Positions 39,892-48,696 of a DNA stretch of 64,000 nt are shown here, piece by piece (position 1 is the stretch's first letter; every line of letters begins with the position of its first letter). A program made the position numbers and the translations under genes. Source of the DNA: a virus (Duplodnaviria; Caudoviricetes); the IMG/VR virus record IMGVR_UViG_3300006056_000001, positions 32,001 to 96,000 of that record, one strand, 5' to 3'. The notes beneath the pieces were generated by a model that was not told the origin of the DNA, searched no databases, and worked only from the letters and a program-made list of their open reading frames with translations.

Positions 39892-41762
39892 TAGAAGTTA
39901 CCTCTTTTATAGCCAATGTCTCCTCTGCCTTTTCTATTAACATCTAAGTTACCTCTTGCATCAAGGTTACCTTTCAGGTGTTGCATTCCCTTCTTAGCTG
40001 GATTTCCTAGATCTCTAGATTTTATATCTTTATTTGGTTTCTTTCCGCCGGTATGGTTTATCAATTTCCATCCAGCTTGTATCTCAATCTGTCTTTCTCT
40101 TTCTGTTAAGGTAGCTTCTACTTTAGGCCCTTCGTCTCCTACCTCTATTCCAACTACAGTAGTACTGTAAGGTACTCCTTTTAGATCTCCTTCTTTCCAA
40201 TAGTAGCCGCCGATTGCAAGGTAATATGCTGTAAGAGTGTGATCCTGTCCTTGTGAATATTTTGGCAAGCCATATACTGAGTAACTTTCTACTCTAAAGT
40301 TTCTCATTTGCTGTATTAGTCCCATTCTGTCATCGCTGCTTTTTACAGAAGTATCTTCAGATCTAGGGAGTATCAAGTTTCCATTATCTAATAGTCTCTT
40401 AGTTTGTTCTATAAGGAAGTGTTTGGCTCCTTTTTTGACAGGAAGTCCAGACAAAGGATCTATTAGTTCAATATGTTGATTCATTAGTATTGCTACTAAT
40501 TTAACATCTAACATGGATCCGGGTTCTTTTAAAGAATGCTTCCTTAAAAGCTCATATTGTACTTCTCCATATCCCTTATCCATGAATATCCATTTAGGTC
40601 TCCAAGCCCTATTTAATTGAATTATAGTTTCGACTCCTGCTGTCTGTGTATATTCTGATTTTTCTATAACTATTTTTTTAATTAACTTTAGCTTATTAGA
40701 ATCTTTTTCTATAATAAGAATGTGTGTTCCTGCGTTTGTGTTCCAGTCAACGCCTATTATATAATCACATGAAGGTCTAGGACCAGTATCTTCTATGGAG
40801 TAGTCATCTAAAGATGCATTAAGAGATCTTGTCTTAAACACACCGTCTTCCAGTTCTGCAAAGTCTGCTAAATACTCATGTCCATATGTAGCTCCATCGC
40901 TGGATCCCTTAAAGTATTTTTCAGTCTCTTCTGTCCATTCTGGAGATTCTGCAGATATAAACCAAAATTCTTTATAACCAAGATTTTTATTAGTTACATA
41001 CGTATAGAATTTTCTTCTCCAACCACGAGGAGTAGTAGCAGCTATAAGCTTACAATCTTTGTGAGAAGCTAAGATAGCCATTACTGCGTCAATGTCAGCA
41101 TCTTCAATAGTATCTATTTCGTCAATTACAATAAGATTCGCATCTTGTCCACGAACTTTATCAGATCCAGATCCAACGTCTGCGCCTACTGAGAAGCCTA
41201 ATACTTTACTTCCATTTTGGAAGTCCATTCTAGATGGTGTCTTAGTATATCTTGCTAATGATCCTTTTAGGGACGCGCTCTTGTTTACAAACTTAGATAA
41301 TTCATCAAAAAATCTAGTTACCTGTCTTTCATAAGGGGCAACAACAAGAATAGTAAAATCTTTATTAGTTGCAAGGTTGTATAGTGCTTCTACAACCATT
41401 GCTTCTGTTTTACCTGTTCTTCTTCCTAGTCTATATAACTTCTTTACAGAAGTACAAGAAAGCATTTCTTTTTGATAAAATCTTGGAGACCAGCCAAATT
41501 CTGCATGTGCCCATGCTATAGGATCTAGCAATATAGCCGTTTGGATATATTCATCTAGTGTATCAAAATCAGATACATCTAATAGATCTACTTTTTTATT
41601 AGCTTCTTTTTCACATCTAGGTGGAAATGGAGAAGAGGTTAATTTCTTCTCATATAGAAGAGCATAATATTCTTCACATCTTTTACACATATCCCCGTCT
41701 AACTTTTTTAACGGGGTATAATTTGTGCTTAGATAGTTATTTTCTGGAATATAATTTGTCAT
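39891..41762 (-). CDS. terL: Terminase large subunit
   Basis: Walker A GRRTGKT, Walker B LIVIDE, ATTP coupling motif, nuclease IGVDW and GQDH. Start set at 41762 (ATGA overlap with the upstream gene). Confidence 0.92.
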   Translation of the reverse strand: MTNYIPENNYLSTNYTPLKKLDGDMCKRCEEYYALLYEKKLTSSPFPPRCEKEANKKVDLLDVSDFDTLDEYIQTAILLDPIAWAHAEFGWSPRFYQKEMLSCTSVKKLYRLGRRTGKTEAMVVEALYNLATNKDFTILVVAPYERQVTRFFDELSKFVNKSASLKGSLARYTKTPSRMDFQNGSKVLGFSVGADVGSGSDKVRGQDANLIVIDEIDTIEDADIDAVMAILASHKDCKLIAATTPRGWRRKFYTYVTNKNLGYKEFWFISAESPEWTEETEKYFKGSSDGATYGHEYLADFAELEDGVFKTRSLNASLDDYSIEDTGPRPSCDYIIGVDWNTNAGTHILIIEKDSNKLKLIKKIVIEKSEYTQTAGVETIIQLNRAWRPKWIFMDKGYGEVQYELLRKHSLKEPGSMLDVKLVAILMNQHIELIDPLSGLPVKKGAKHFLIEQTKRLLDNGNLILPRSEDTSVKSSDDRMGLIQQMRNFRVESYSVYGLPKYSQGQDHTLTAYYLAIGGYYWKEGDLKGVPYSTTVVGIEVGDEGPKVEATLTERERQIEIQAGWKLINHTGGKKPNKDIKSRDLGNPAKKGMQHLKGNLDARGNLDVNRKGRGDIGYKRGNF

Positions 41763-42499
41763 TTTACTACAACGCCTTGCGACCAACTATGGCAATCCAT
41801 ACATTGGAGCCTTTGGTATTTAGTTAGTTTAGTGTAACTAAACCCACGCTTCTGTGTATTATTAGAGCCACATGTTTGGCAGCAAGCTCTATCTAAAGCA
41901 ACAGACACATTGGGATGATTTTTCATCCATCCTCTTAGTTTTAAATAAATTTGCTCTAATAAAGCAACATCTATTTTATTATACTTTTTCATTTTCTTCC
42001 AGGATTCTGTGTCTCCAGACATACATCCTGTCCAAAGTTTAAAGCCACCGGTATCTGCTTTCTTACCAAATCCAAATAACTGGCCTAAATCATTTAAAGA
42101 GTTACTATTAAATCCAAACTTCTTTTTTGCTTCTTTCTTAGTATCTACTGTCTTGTAAGGAGAAGGAGGAGTAAACCCATTGACTATAAATCTTGTATTC
42201 ATTATTTTGATATCAAAACTATCGCCATTGTGAGCAACTATTACATCTGCTTCATTTACAAAATCCCATAGCTTAGTCATTAAAGCTTTATCACTTTTTG
42301 GATCTTTTGTATAATCAGGGAAGTCAGGTAATCCAAAAGTGTGATACTTAGAATCGTCTAGCCATTTTACAGTGAAACACAACATGTATCTTTCTTGAAC
42401 AAATTCTATAACGTTGGTTTCATATTTCTGCCAGGTATAGCCAAGATTAGGTGCTGTTTCGATATCTAAGAAAAGAGTCTTTAAAGGTTTATTTGTCAT
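41759..42499 (-). CDS. DEDD/RNase H-like 3'-5' exonuclease with C-terminal Zn ribbon
   Basis: LFLDIET, AHNGDSFD, KYNKIDV; CQTC...CMDC. Confidence 0.85.
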   Translation of the reverse strand: MTNKPLKTLFLDIETAPNLGYTWQKYETNVIEFVQERYMLCFTVKWLDDSKYHTFGLPDFPDYTKDPKSDKALMTKLWDFVNEADVIVAHNGDSFDIKIMNTRFIVNGFTPPSPYKTVDTKKEAKKKFGFNSNSLNDLGQLFGFGKKADTGGFKLWTGCMSGDTESWKKMKKYNKIDVALLEQIYLKLRGWMKNHPNVSVALDRACCQTCGSNNTQKRGFSYTKLTKYQRLQCMDCHSWSQGVVVK

Positions 42500-43074
42500 T
42501 TGTGAAATCCACTAGCTTCTTGGCTTATTATACCTCGAATGCCTAGTTGGGATTCGTGTATTGCCATAAGAGCACGTTGTCTCTGAGTATACGATTGAGG
42601 AGTGTCTAAATAAGTAGCTCCTCCACCCATACTTGTATTATCCATTTGCATAGCTTCTTTAGTTAAGCCTGGGGTAACCATTGCTTCTACTATGCTAGCT
42701 GCTGTTATGCCTAATAGTCCCCATCCTATAGTTTTAGCACCAAATCTCATTTTACTATAATTACTTTTTATATCTTTTATAAGATTCTGTGAAGGTAGTT
42801 TAATTTTTCTACTTTCTCTTAATCTAAGCTGTTCTTGGTGTACCCAGCTCATATTGTTAGAACTAATATTAGAGTTTAAAGAATTTAATGCTTTTCTTTG
42901 TTGAAGCCTTGCTCCTCTTATTTCTGCTCTTTCTAATTTGTTTAATACAGGAACGCCTAGCCAGTCAACGCCTATACCAAAAAATAGACCCATAGCTCCA
43001 GACATTAGAGCGTTATCATCTCCTAAAGAGTTACCGCTGTCAGGCATCATAAAATTTTCCCAGTTTTGAACCAT
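42496..43074 (-). CDS. Hypothetical protein with hydrophobic segments (possible internal virion protein)
   Basis: 192 aa; two Gly-rich hydrophobic stretches. Confidence 0.5.
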   Translation of the reverse strand: MVQNWENFMMPDSGNSLGDDNALMSGAMGLFFGIGVDWLGVPVLNKLERAEIRGARLQQRKALNSLNSNISSNNMSWVHQEQLRLRESRKIKLPSQNLIKDIKSNYSKMRFGAKTIGWGLLGITAASIVEAMVTPGLTKEAMQMDNTSMGGGATYLDTPQSYTQRQRALMAIHESQLGIRGIISQEASGFHK

Positions 43075-43955
43075 TAATATCTCCTATTGTTTCTATCTAG
43101 TGCTTGTACTAATCCTGCTGTAGAGAAATTCATTCTTCTGACGGCAGAATTATTATAGTCGTTGAAATCAACTATGCTGCCTTCTGCTGCTCCGCCATAA
43201 GGTCTTTTACCTACTTTAAGCCCGGCATATCCTCCTGCGCCAGCTACTGCAAGTCCTGTCATTGTTGTGGCTAACTTTCCTTTACTGTGTAAAGCTACTC
43301 CTCCCATAAGCAAGGTAGCTGCTGTAGTTCCATAAAGGGTGTATTGTGTGGCCGGATGAGAAATAACGTTCATCAATCCAGAGCTAAGAGAAGAGGCACC
43401 TCCTAGTAAAGAAGATGAGGATAACATTTGTAGTAATCCAAACTGTGGCGCATCTTTTAGCTTATTTAATTTAGCTGTAGCGCTTGCTCTTCTTTTCATA
43501 ACAACGTCGTGCTTAGAAGTACTAAATGGCTCTGTTACACGATTTGTAGTGTAGCCGCCATCTGTAAGCGCAGTTCTTGTAATAGGACTCTTTCTATTCA
43601 ATAGTTTTCTATATTTATTGCCTTCTCCAAATAAATACTTATATGTGTTCTTTCCTCTACTAATATAGTCTCTATTTAATAGAGCCATACCGCCCATTGT
43701 CCAACCTACAAAATATTTACCTATGTTACCTGGAGTACTTACGCCTTCTCCATATTCTCTTTCAAATCTTTCCGCGCCATAGTAATTTCTGCTTCTTTCT
43801 ATCTGCTTATCCATTAAAGCAGAAAAGCCATATCCGGCGCCCATGTACCCAGCAAACAATCCTAGACGCTGCTTAACCCCGGCGCCACCAAGCATCTTAG
43901 TAGGGTTTGTAAGCGTGGCTATTGAGTTACTAAGCATTCTTCTAAATATACTCAT
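43074..43955 (-). CDS. Basic Gly-rich hydrophobic protein (possible internal virion/ejection protein)
   Basis: 293 aa; multiple Gly/Ala hydrophobic helices. Confidence 0.5.
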   Translation of the reverse strand: MSIFRRMLSNSIATLTNPTKMLGGAGVKQRLGLFAGYMGAGYGFSALMDKQIERSRNYYGAERFEREYGEGVSTPGNIGKYFVGWTMGGMALLNRDYISRGKNTYKYLFGEGNKYRKLLNRKSPITRTALTDGGYTTNRVTEPFSTSKHDVVMKRRASATAKLNKLKDAPQFGLLQMLSSSSLLGGASSLSSGLMNVISHPATQYTLYGTTAATLLMGGVALHSKGKLATTMTGLAVAGAGGYAGLKVGKRPYGGAAEGSIVDFNDYNNSAVRRMNFSTAGLVQALDRNNRRY

Positions 43956-43956
43956 C

Positions 43957-44157
43957 TTAGTAGCCTCCCATATATCTAGACCTTAGAACGGGTCTGTAGG
44001 GCCTGTAATAGCCTGCTGTTCGCCTTAAGACAACATTACCTCTAGAGAATGAGTGCAGAGACATAGGATTAGGCGGAGTCATTGTTAATGCAGGTCCTTT
44101 CTTGGTTAGCATTCCTATAATAGGTCTCATAAAATAATTATCAAAACAATTTCTCAT
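43957..44157 (-). CDS. Small basic hypothetical protein
   Basis: 66 aa, Arg-rich, fills the gap between neighbours exactly. Confidence 0.5.
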   Translation of the reverse strand: MRNCFDNYFMRPIIGMLTKKGPALTMTPPNPMSLHSFSRGNVVLRRTAGYYRPYRPVLRSRYMGGY

Positions 44158-44158
44158 A

Positions 44159-44887
44159 TTATTCCTTTACCTTAAAGTCAGCATCCTTCATCTTTTCTGA
44201 TCTCTGCTTAACAATCTCTGCTGCCTTAGCTCTTTGTTCAGCATACTTCTGTGTAGGGTCTAGAGCAACTTGTCCTGCTTTTATCTGAGCTTCTCTGGTT
44301 GCAACCAAAGCCTCTCTGATCTTAGCAATATTTCTACCTGCTCTTTCCATAACATCTAATACAGGATTAATAACATCTCCAAAAATAGGTTCGCCTTGGT
44401 TTGTAGCTCCTACTTGTTTTTCAGAAACTAATCTAGGATCGTCAGATAAATGAACACTACATCTCCACTTTATTAATTCTTGTGTAGCAATTTCATACAA
44501 CATGTCCATGTCAAAAGAATGAACAGGATCGTCTGGATTTTCTATACCTAATGACTTTAGATGCTTATTAACCCAATTGGTTATCATGCCGGCTTCTACA
44601 GGGCATTTCTTATCTATAGGTAGTTTAGCACCAATTAATGCAAGTGGACAATTAGATATAAAAGGGCACTTGGCCCCTTTACAGACCATGCCCATTATGC
44701 CTACCGAGCCTCTAGTGGTAGCATCTATAAAAGAACTAAGTAGAGCGCGTTGTTCATTAGTTACAGGAGCATTTGTTTCTGCTATGTCAACTAATGAATT
44801 CAGCATCATCTGCTTCGTCTTTTTTAGATCCCCAGCTTTTACTTCCGAGACTGGCAAGAAATTGTTTTCCTCTTCTTTTGAACTCAA
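44159..44887 (-). CDS. Putative terminase small subunit
   Basis: Cys cluster CKGAKCPF..CPL..CPVE, then INPVLDVME...IREALVATRE resembling P27-type TerS C-termini; TTG start with GAGGA RBS. Confidence 0.4.
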   Translation of the reverse strand: MSSKEEENNFLPVSEVKAGDLKKTKQMMLNSLVDIAETNAPVTNEQRALLSSFIDATTRGSVGIMGMVCKGAKCPFISNCPLALIGAKLPIDKKCPVEAGMITNWVNKHLKSLGIENPDDPVHSFDMDMLYEIATQELIKWRCSVHLSDDPRLVSEKQVGATNQGEPIFGDVINPVLDVMERAGRNIAKIREALVATREAQIKAGQVALDPTQKYAEQRAKAAEIVKQRSEKMKDADFKVKE

Positions 44888-45056
44888 GTTGAAATATCCT
44901 CTTTAAAGCGGCCCTACCAAATGGGCACTCTTTCCCATTTTTAACACTAAACTTATTATAGATTTCAAATTCATACCCATACATAGAATTTAGATGATCT
45001 CGGCATTCAGACGATTCTTCTATTATAGAAATCATTAATTCTATGGGTATGTTCAA
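44787..45056 (-). CDS. Hypothetical protein
   Basis: 89-aa ORF overlapping the next gene by ~100 nt. Confidence 0.3.
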   Translation of the reverse strand: MNIPIELMISIIEESSECRDHLNSMYGYEFEIYNKFSVKNGKECPFGRAALKRIFQLEFKRRGKQFLASLGSKSWGSKKDEADDAEFIS

Positions 45057-45499
45057 GCTTTCTTTATCTCCTCAATAACATCTGGTCTAAGCTTTCCTTG
45101 CATACTTTCTATTAAAGCTTGCTTCTCATGCTTATCCATACTTCCATAATATTCCTTTCTCCAATTTTTTACAGTATTGGGATCAATTTCTGGCATAGGA
45201 GCTTGAGTAGAGTAGTAGTTAATAATTTGCTCATCTGTTACATGCATCATATCAGCTAGTTCTATTGTTAGCTGTACTAAAGCATATCTTAGCCCAGGAG
45301 TTATCCTGGCCCCGTACATCTTTTTATTAAGAAGCTCTTCAAGCGCCTTCTCAAATTTACTATTAGGCAAATTATAGTTAAAAGCCGCTAGAGTGTGAAG
45401 AAGGTTGTCAAAATTAATTCTAAGCACAGAGCTATCCTTAGGATCTTTATAGACACAAGAGAGTAGCTGAGTTGTAAGTCTTTCTTTATCTGAAATCAT
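45053..45499 (-). CDS. Hypothetical protein
   Basis: 148-aa ORF in the minus-strand operon. Confidence 0.6.
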   Translation of the reverse strand: MISDKERLTTQLLSCVYKDPKDSSVLRINFDNLLHTLAAFNYNLPNSKFEKALEELLNKKMYGARITPGLRYALVQLTIELADMMHVTDEQIINYYSTQAPMPEIDPNTVKNWRKEYYGSMDKHEKQALIESMQGKLRPDVIEEIKKA

Positions 45500-45516
45500 A
45501 TTTATTACTATTTATT

Positions 45517-45553
45517 AAAAAACCAGTCAAGAAGAGGTAACTTCAAGACTGGT
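45517..45553 (-). terminator. Intrinsic terminator
   Basis: ACCAGTC..GAAG/CTTC..GACTGGT followed by T6 on the minus strand. Confidence 0.6.
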
Positions 45554-45587
45554 ATTCATTACCCAAGAAATTTGCACTAAGGACATA

Positions 45588-45953
45588 TCAGGTCATATTA
45601 CTGATTCTTTCTTTCATCAAAGCTTCGAACTTTTCTGGTTCCTCTACAGACATCTTTGCGTACTTCATTGCTTCGTCGATCTTGTCGACTAATTGTTGAC
45701 GAAGCTCCTCCAGGCTGTCCCCGGTAAAAAATTCTGAAGGCATATTCTCAAAAATCACCGGAGAGTTAATCGGATACTTATCCAGGCTAGGCACTATATT
45801 TAAATTGACAATAATGCCCCACTTCTTGTTTCTCTGAGTAGCTGTGGTAAAATCTGTAGTAGTCTTTAGGTCTGTGGGACAATAAAGAACATTAACCATT
45901 CGGTAGCGATCTACGCTCTGTGTTTTAGGAAAAGCTTTAATGTTGTTCGTCAT
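45588..45953 (-). CDS. Hypothetical protein
   Basis: 121-aa ORF. Confidence 0.6.
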   Translation of the reverse strand: MTNNIKAFPKTQSVDRYRMVNVLYCPTDLKTTTDFTTATQRNKKWGIIVNLNIVPSLDKYPINSPVIFENMPSEFFTGDSLEELRQQLVDKIDEAMKYAKMSVEEPEKFEALMKERISNMT

Positions 45954-46125
45954 TTAAATCAATTAAAAGAGGCTCGTGTATTCTGTGATGACAGTAATCA
46001 CAAACGTCATCATTTAATACGATATTGGCCTCTAATGTCCTAGTATTCCCCGTGTTACACCCTTTCTTATCACAGATCCAGTAGATCTGCTTTATGTGTC
46101 TCTTTTTTTTAGCTTTGTCAGACAT
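45937..46125 (-). CDS. Small Zn-finger protein
   Basis: CDKKGC...CDYC; AAGGAG RBS. Confidence 0.55.
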   Translation of the reverse strand: MSDKAKKKRHIKQIYWICDKKGCNTGNTRTLEANIVLNDDVCDYCHHRIHEPLLIDLNDEQH

Positions 46126-46762
46126 GTGCCTCTCCTTTCAACCAAGAAGAAAATTTACTTATGGGAATAAATATTTGAAGGTGAGGAACAGGAATTTCAG
46201 TGTTATTGCTATTTATCATAACAATAGCTATTGTAATTCCTAGAAGCTCTCCTTTGTTGTTGAAAACTCCACCGCCGGAGTTTCCAGGCATAGCTGGACT
46301 AGAGCATAACCAACCGCCTTCTGCTATGTTTGTAACTGATTGGTTTATAATACCTATTGTTACTACTTGACTTATGCCAAGTGGGTAACCTACAGTATAA
46401 ACCACATCCAGAGGCCGCGGGTCGGAAAATTGACATTTAACCGGGGCAACAGGACTAGTACTTATGCATGTTAAAATAGCTATATCTAAAGAATAAAGTT
46501 TAGATTGTAAAATTCTATTTTGTTCTTTATTTACTACTATACTTAGTCCGTGATTGACAGCTACATGCTTAGCTGTTAAAATATCAATTATATAAACTTC
46601 TTCGTCTTTGACACATTTAATAACTACACCTGTTCCAATTATTTGGTTATTCCATATAATAGGAACACATGCATTTAAATCAATATCAGGTCTTGGTTGA
46701 ACTACTTGTGTTACACATCCTAGTGTACATAATACTAAAAATAAACAAGTGAATAGTCTCAT
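46118..46762 (-). CDS. Trypsin-like (S1) serine protease, predicted lipoprotein
   Basis: Catalytic triad LTAKHV / DIAIL / GNSGG; start at 46762 gives signal MRLFTCLFLVLCTLGC with a lipobox. Confidence 0.85.
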   Translation of the reverse strand: MRLFTCLFLVLCTLGCVTQVVQPRPDIDLNACVPIIWNNQIIGTGVVIKCVKDEEVYIIDILTAKHVAVNHGLSIVVNKEQNRILQSKLYSLDIAILTCISTSPVAPVKCQFSDPRPLDVVYTVGYPLGISQVVTIGIINQSVTNIAEGGWLCSSPAMPGNSGGGVFNNKGELLGITIAIVMINSNNTEIPVPHLQIFIPISKFSSWLKGEAHV

Positions 46763-47059
46763 AGGTATCCTTTGGAGAGTAATAGATACCCATCGAATTT
46801 GGACCAACAATATTCTAAGAACCGCGAGAGTGTCAAATATTTGCCTTATAGAGATAAAATTTAAAAAAATATATAAAAAAATTAATGCCAATTTATATAA
46901 TCAAAATATTGCCCTAAGCTTGTTAAAAAATTACAATTTTGGAGATGATAGTTGTTGATTATGTTGCTGCAAGACGTTCTTGCGGAACACGGTCACCCCT
47001 GTCTTTTGAGACGAAGACAGGTGAACTCAAGGTCTCAAGCCTTAGGAGGCTTTTCTATC

Positions 47060-47443
47060 ATGAGCACGAAGCTCTCGTTCGTCGTTCTGTTGGTGTGTGT
47101 GTTGGCCATGCAGTTTGGCCTGTTGGCGTCTGTGCCTCTCGCTGATGCGGTCCTGCCTTGGATCGCTGCGTTCGCGGTGCTCAGCGTCTGCTGGCCGATC
47201 GTGTCCTTGGTCTTGGGCATGTTCGGTGTCTTGGCCTTCGATGAGAAGAAGGCGCCGATCGTTGAGTATGACCTGAGCAAGCCAGGCCACAAGTTCGGCT
47301 ACATGGCATCGCTCATCGTCGGCAAGGCAGTGCGTGTGGTGCGCAAGGGTGCCTCTACCGTGCTCAATACGGCAGGCAAGTGGGTTGAGCCCAAGCCGGC
47401 CAAGGCCCGCCGTGTGGTCGTCCAGCCCTTGTTCAAGGACTGA
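47060..47443 (+). CDS. Membrane protein (GC-rich early gene)
   Basis: AGGAGG RBS at 47044; two hydrophobic helices. Confidence 0.7.
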   Translation: MSTKLSFVVLLVCVLAMQFGLLASVPLADAVLPWIAAFAVLSVCWPIVSLVLGMFGVLAFDEKKAPIVEYDLSKPGHKFGYMASLIVGKAVRVVRKGASTVLNTAGKWVEPKPAKARRVVVQPLFKD

Positions 47444-47509
47444 GATGGACATAGGTGATGTGACCTACCTACATACAAGTGGTCACATTTCTTGATACTG
47501 GAGGGTATC

Positions 47510-47632
47510 ATGCAGTACCGTGATGAGCGTGGTCGTTTCGCCAAGAGCGAAGTCCTGTGGAAGAAGATTGCGGTGCAGACTTTGTACTGTGCCGTGGTGT
47601 TCTACGTCTTTGGCTGCTTTGCCATGATGTAG
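47510..47632 (+). CDS. Small membrane peptide
   Basis: GGAGG RBS; MQYRDERGRFAKSEVLWKKIAVQTLYCAVVFYVFGCFAMM (40 aa, below the ORF-track cutoff). Confidence 0.6.
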   Translation: MQYRDERGRFAKSEVLWKKIAVQTLYCAVVFYVFGCFAMM

Positions 47633-47731
47633 GACTTGGGCTTGGCTAGTCTGTGCCCTTAAACATGACTAGATCATTGGGTGTTGTGGCCTACCTATAT
47701 TAAAAGGGCTACATTTGAAGGAGTTAGAAGC

Positions 47732-47974
47732 ATGACTCAAAATATTGAGTCGTATCGTCTAGACATGGAGTATACGTCCAGCAATGGATGGAAGCATCAT
47801 GTCCAAGCCACTTGCTATAAGTGCAAGTGGTGTGGTGAGAAGTGGGAGCCTGCCTATTATGGTCAGGACTCTCGCTGGTGGTGTGGGGCCTGGGATCATA
47901 GGTGTCCTAAGGCCCCAAAGGTCCCGGTTGTGCCTGCTGCTGAGGTAGAGCAACAGGCTGGCTGGGACGTCTGA
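47732..47974 (+). CDS. Small Cys/Trp-rich hypothetical protein
   Basis: AAGGAG RBS; CKWC...HRC. Confidence 0.6.
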   Translation: MTQNIESYRLDMEYTSSNGWKHHVQATCYKCKWCGEKWEPAYYGQDSRWWCGAWDHRCPKAPKVPVVPAAEVEQQAGWDV

Positions 47975-48140
47975 GGGCTAACGACCTGAATCAAGTCGTA
48001 AAACTGATTCGTAGGACAGGCATTGGGGCTATGCCATAAAAGCTCCATCATTCCCGTAGTGTATTGCTACGGGGCAGGAGTCTAGATATTAACAATGGTG
48101 CGAAGCACCATGTATCTGGACACTTTGTACTGGAGGCACC

Positions 48141-48368
48141 ATGTCAGAAAACATGCGGGAGATCCTTGTAGATCTCCGTAGAGTCCTTGACGAGATCAAG
48201 GATATCGAGCAACAACGGGCGCGTGCCCGTAAGGCTTTTGACTCTCGCCTAGTAGAGAGTCTGGAAACTGACCTTCGTAAGTTCGAAGGCAGGCGTAACG
48301 CTTTGGCCGCTCTGGCCAGGCTGAAAGGCATCTCCCCTGAGGAGATGAGGAGTGTGCTCTTTGGATAG
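48141..48368 (+). CDS. Hypothetical coiled-coil protein
   Basis: GGAGG RBS; 75 aa. Confidence 0.65.
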   Translation: MSENMREILVDLRRVLDEIKDIEQQRARARKAFDSRLVESLETDLRKFEGRRNALAALARLKGISPEEMRSVLFG

Positions 48369-48618
48369 GCAACAAGTTAGGTATCGAGTCAAGAAATTGC
48401 TCGAGAACCTGAAGTCTCAGCGTGAAGCTGAGTTGCTCCGTAGCGCCAGTATTGCTGGTGCGAGTGCTGCCAGCAGCGTGCTGGTCTTGGTCTTCCTTGA
48501 TGATAACATCAAGAGGGCTGAGTCGGTGTTGGAGCGCATCCCTGTGCTCTGCACCTCGTGTGGACACAGGTATCCCGAACGTGCAGGGCTGTGTTTGCCC
48601 TGTATGTTTGAGAACTAA
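48352..48618 (+). CDS. Hypothetical protein with C-terminal Zn finger
   Basis: CTSC...CLPC; GTG start with GAGGAG. Confidence 0.5.
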   Translation: MCSLDRQQVRYRVKKLLENLKSQREAELLRSASIAGASAASSVLVLVFLDDNIKRAESVLERIPVLCTSCGHRYPERAGLCLPCMFEN

Positions 48619-48696
48619 CCGGGCGGGTAGTCCCTTACTACTAAGGTTGCAAGATTAACCTGACACCTGGACACATTGTACAGGGCGAAAATCTGA

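Larger units (their letters stand above)
46998..48047 (+). promoter_or_regulatory. Six intergenic H-type pseudoknots (46998-47038, 47452-47488, 47638-47672, 47678-47713, 47981-48010, 48019-48047)
   Basis: Each has two crossing stems identified by manual pairing; two are homologous with pairing-preserving changes. See findings. Confidence 0.7.

Noticed and set aside
1-46800. Plus-strand ORFs of 60-167 aa within the structural module (e.g. 8506-9009, 34361-34726)
   Set aside because: Antisense shadows of long minus-strand genes with no RBS or motifs.
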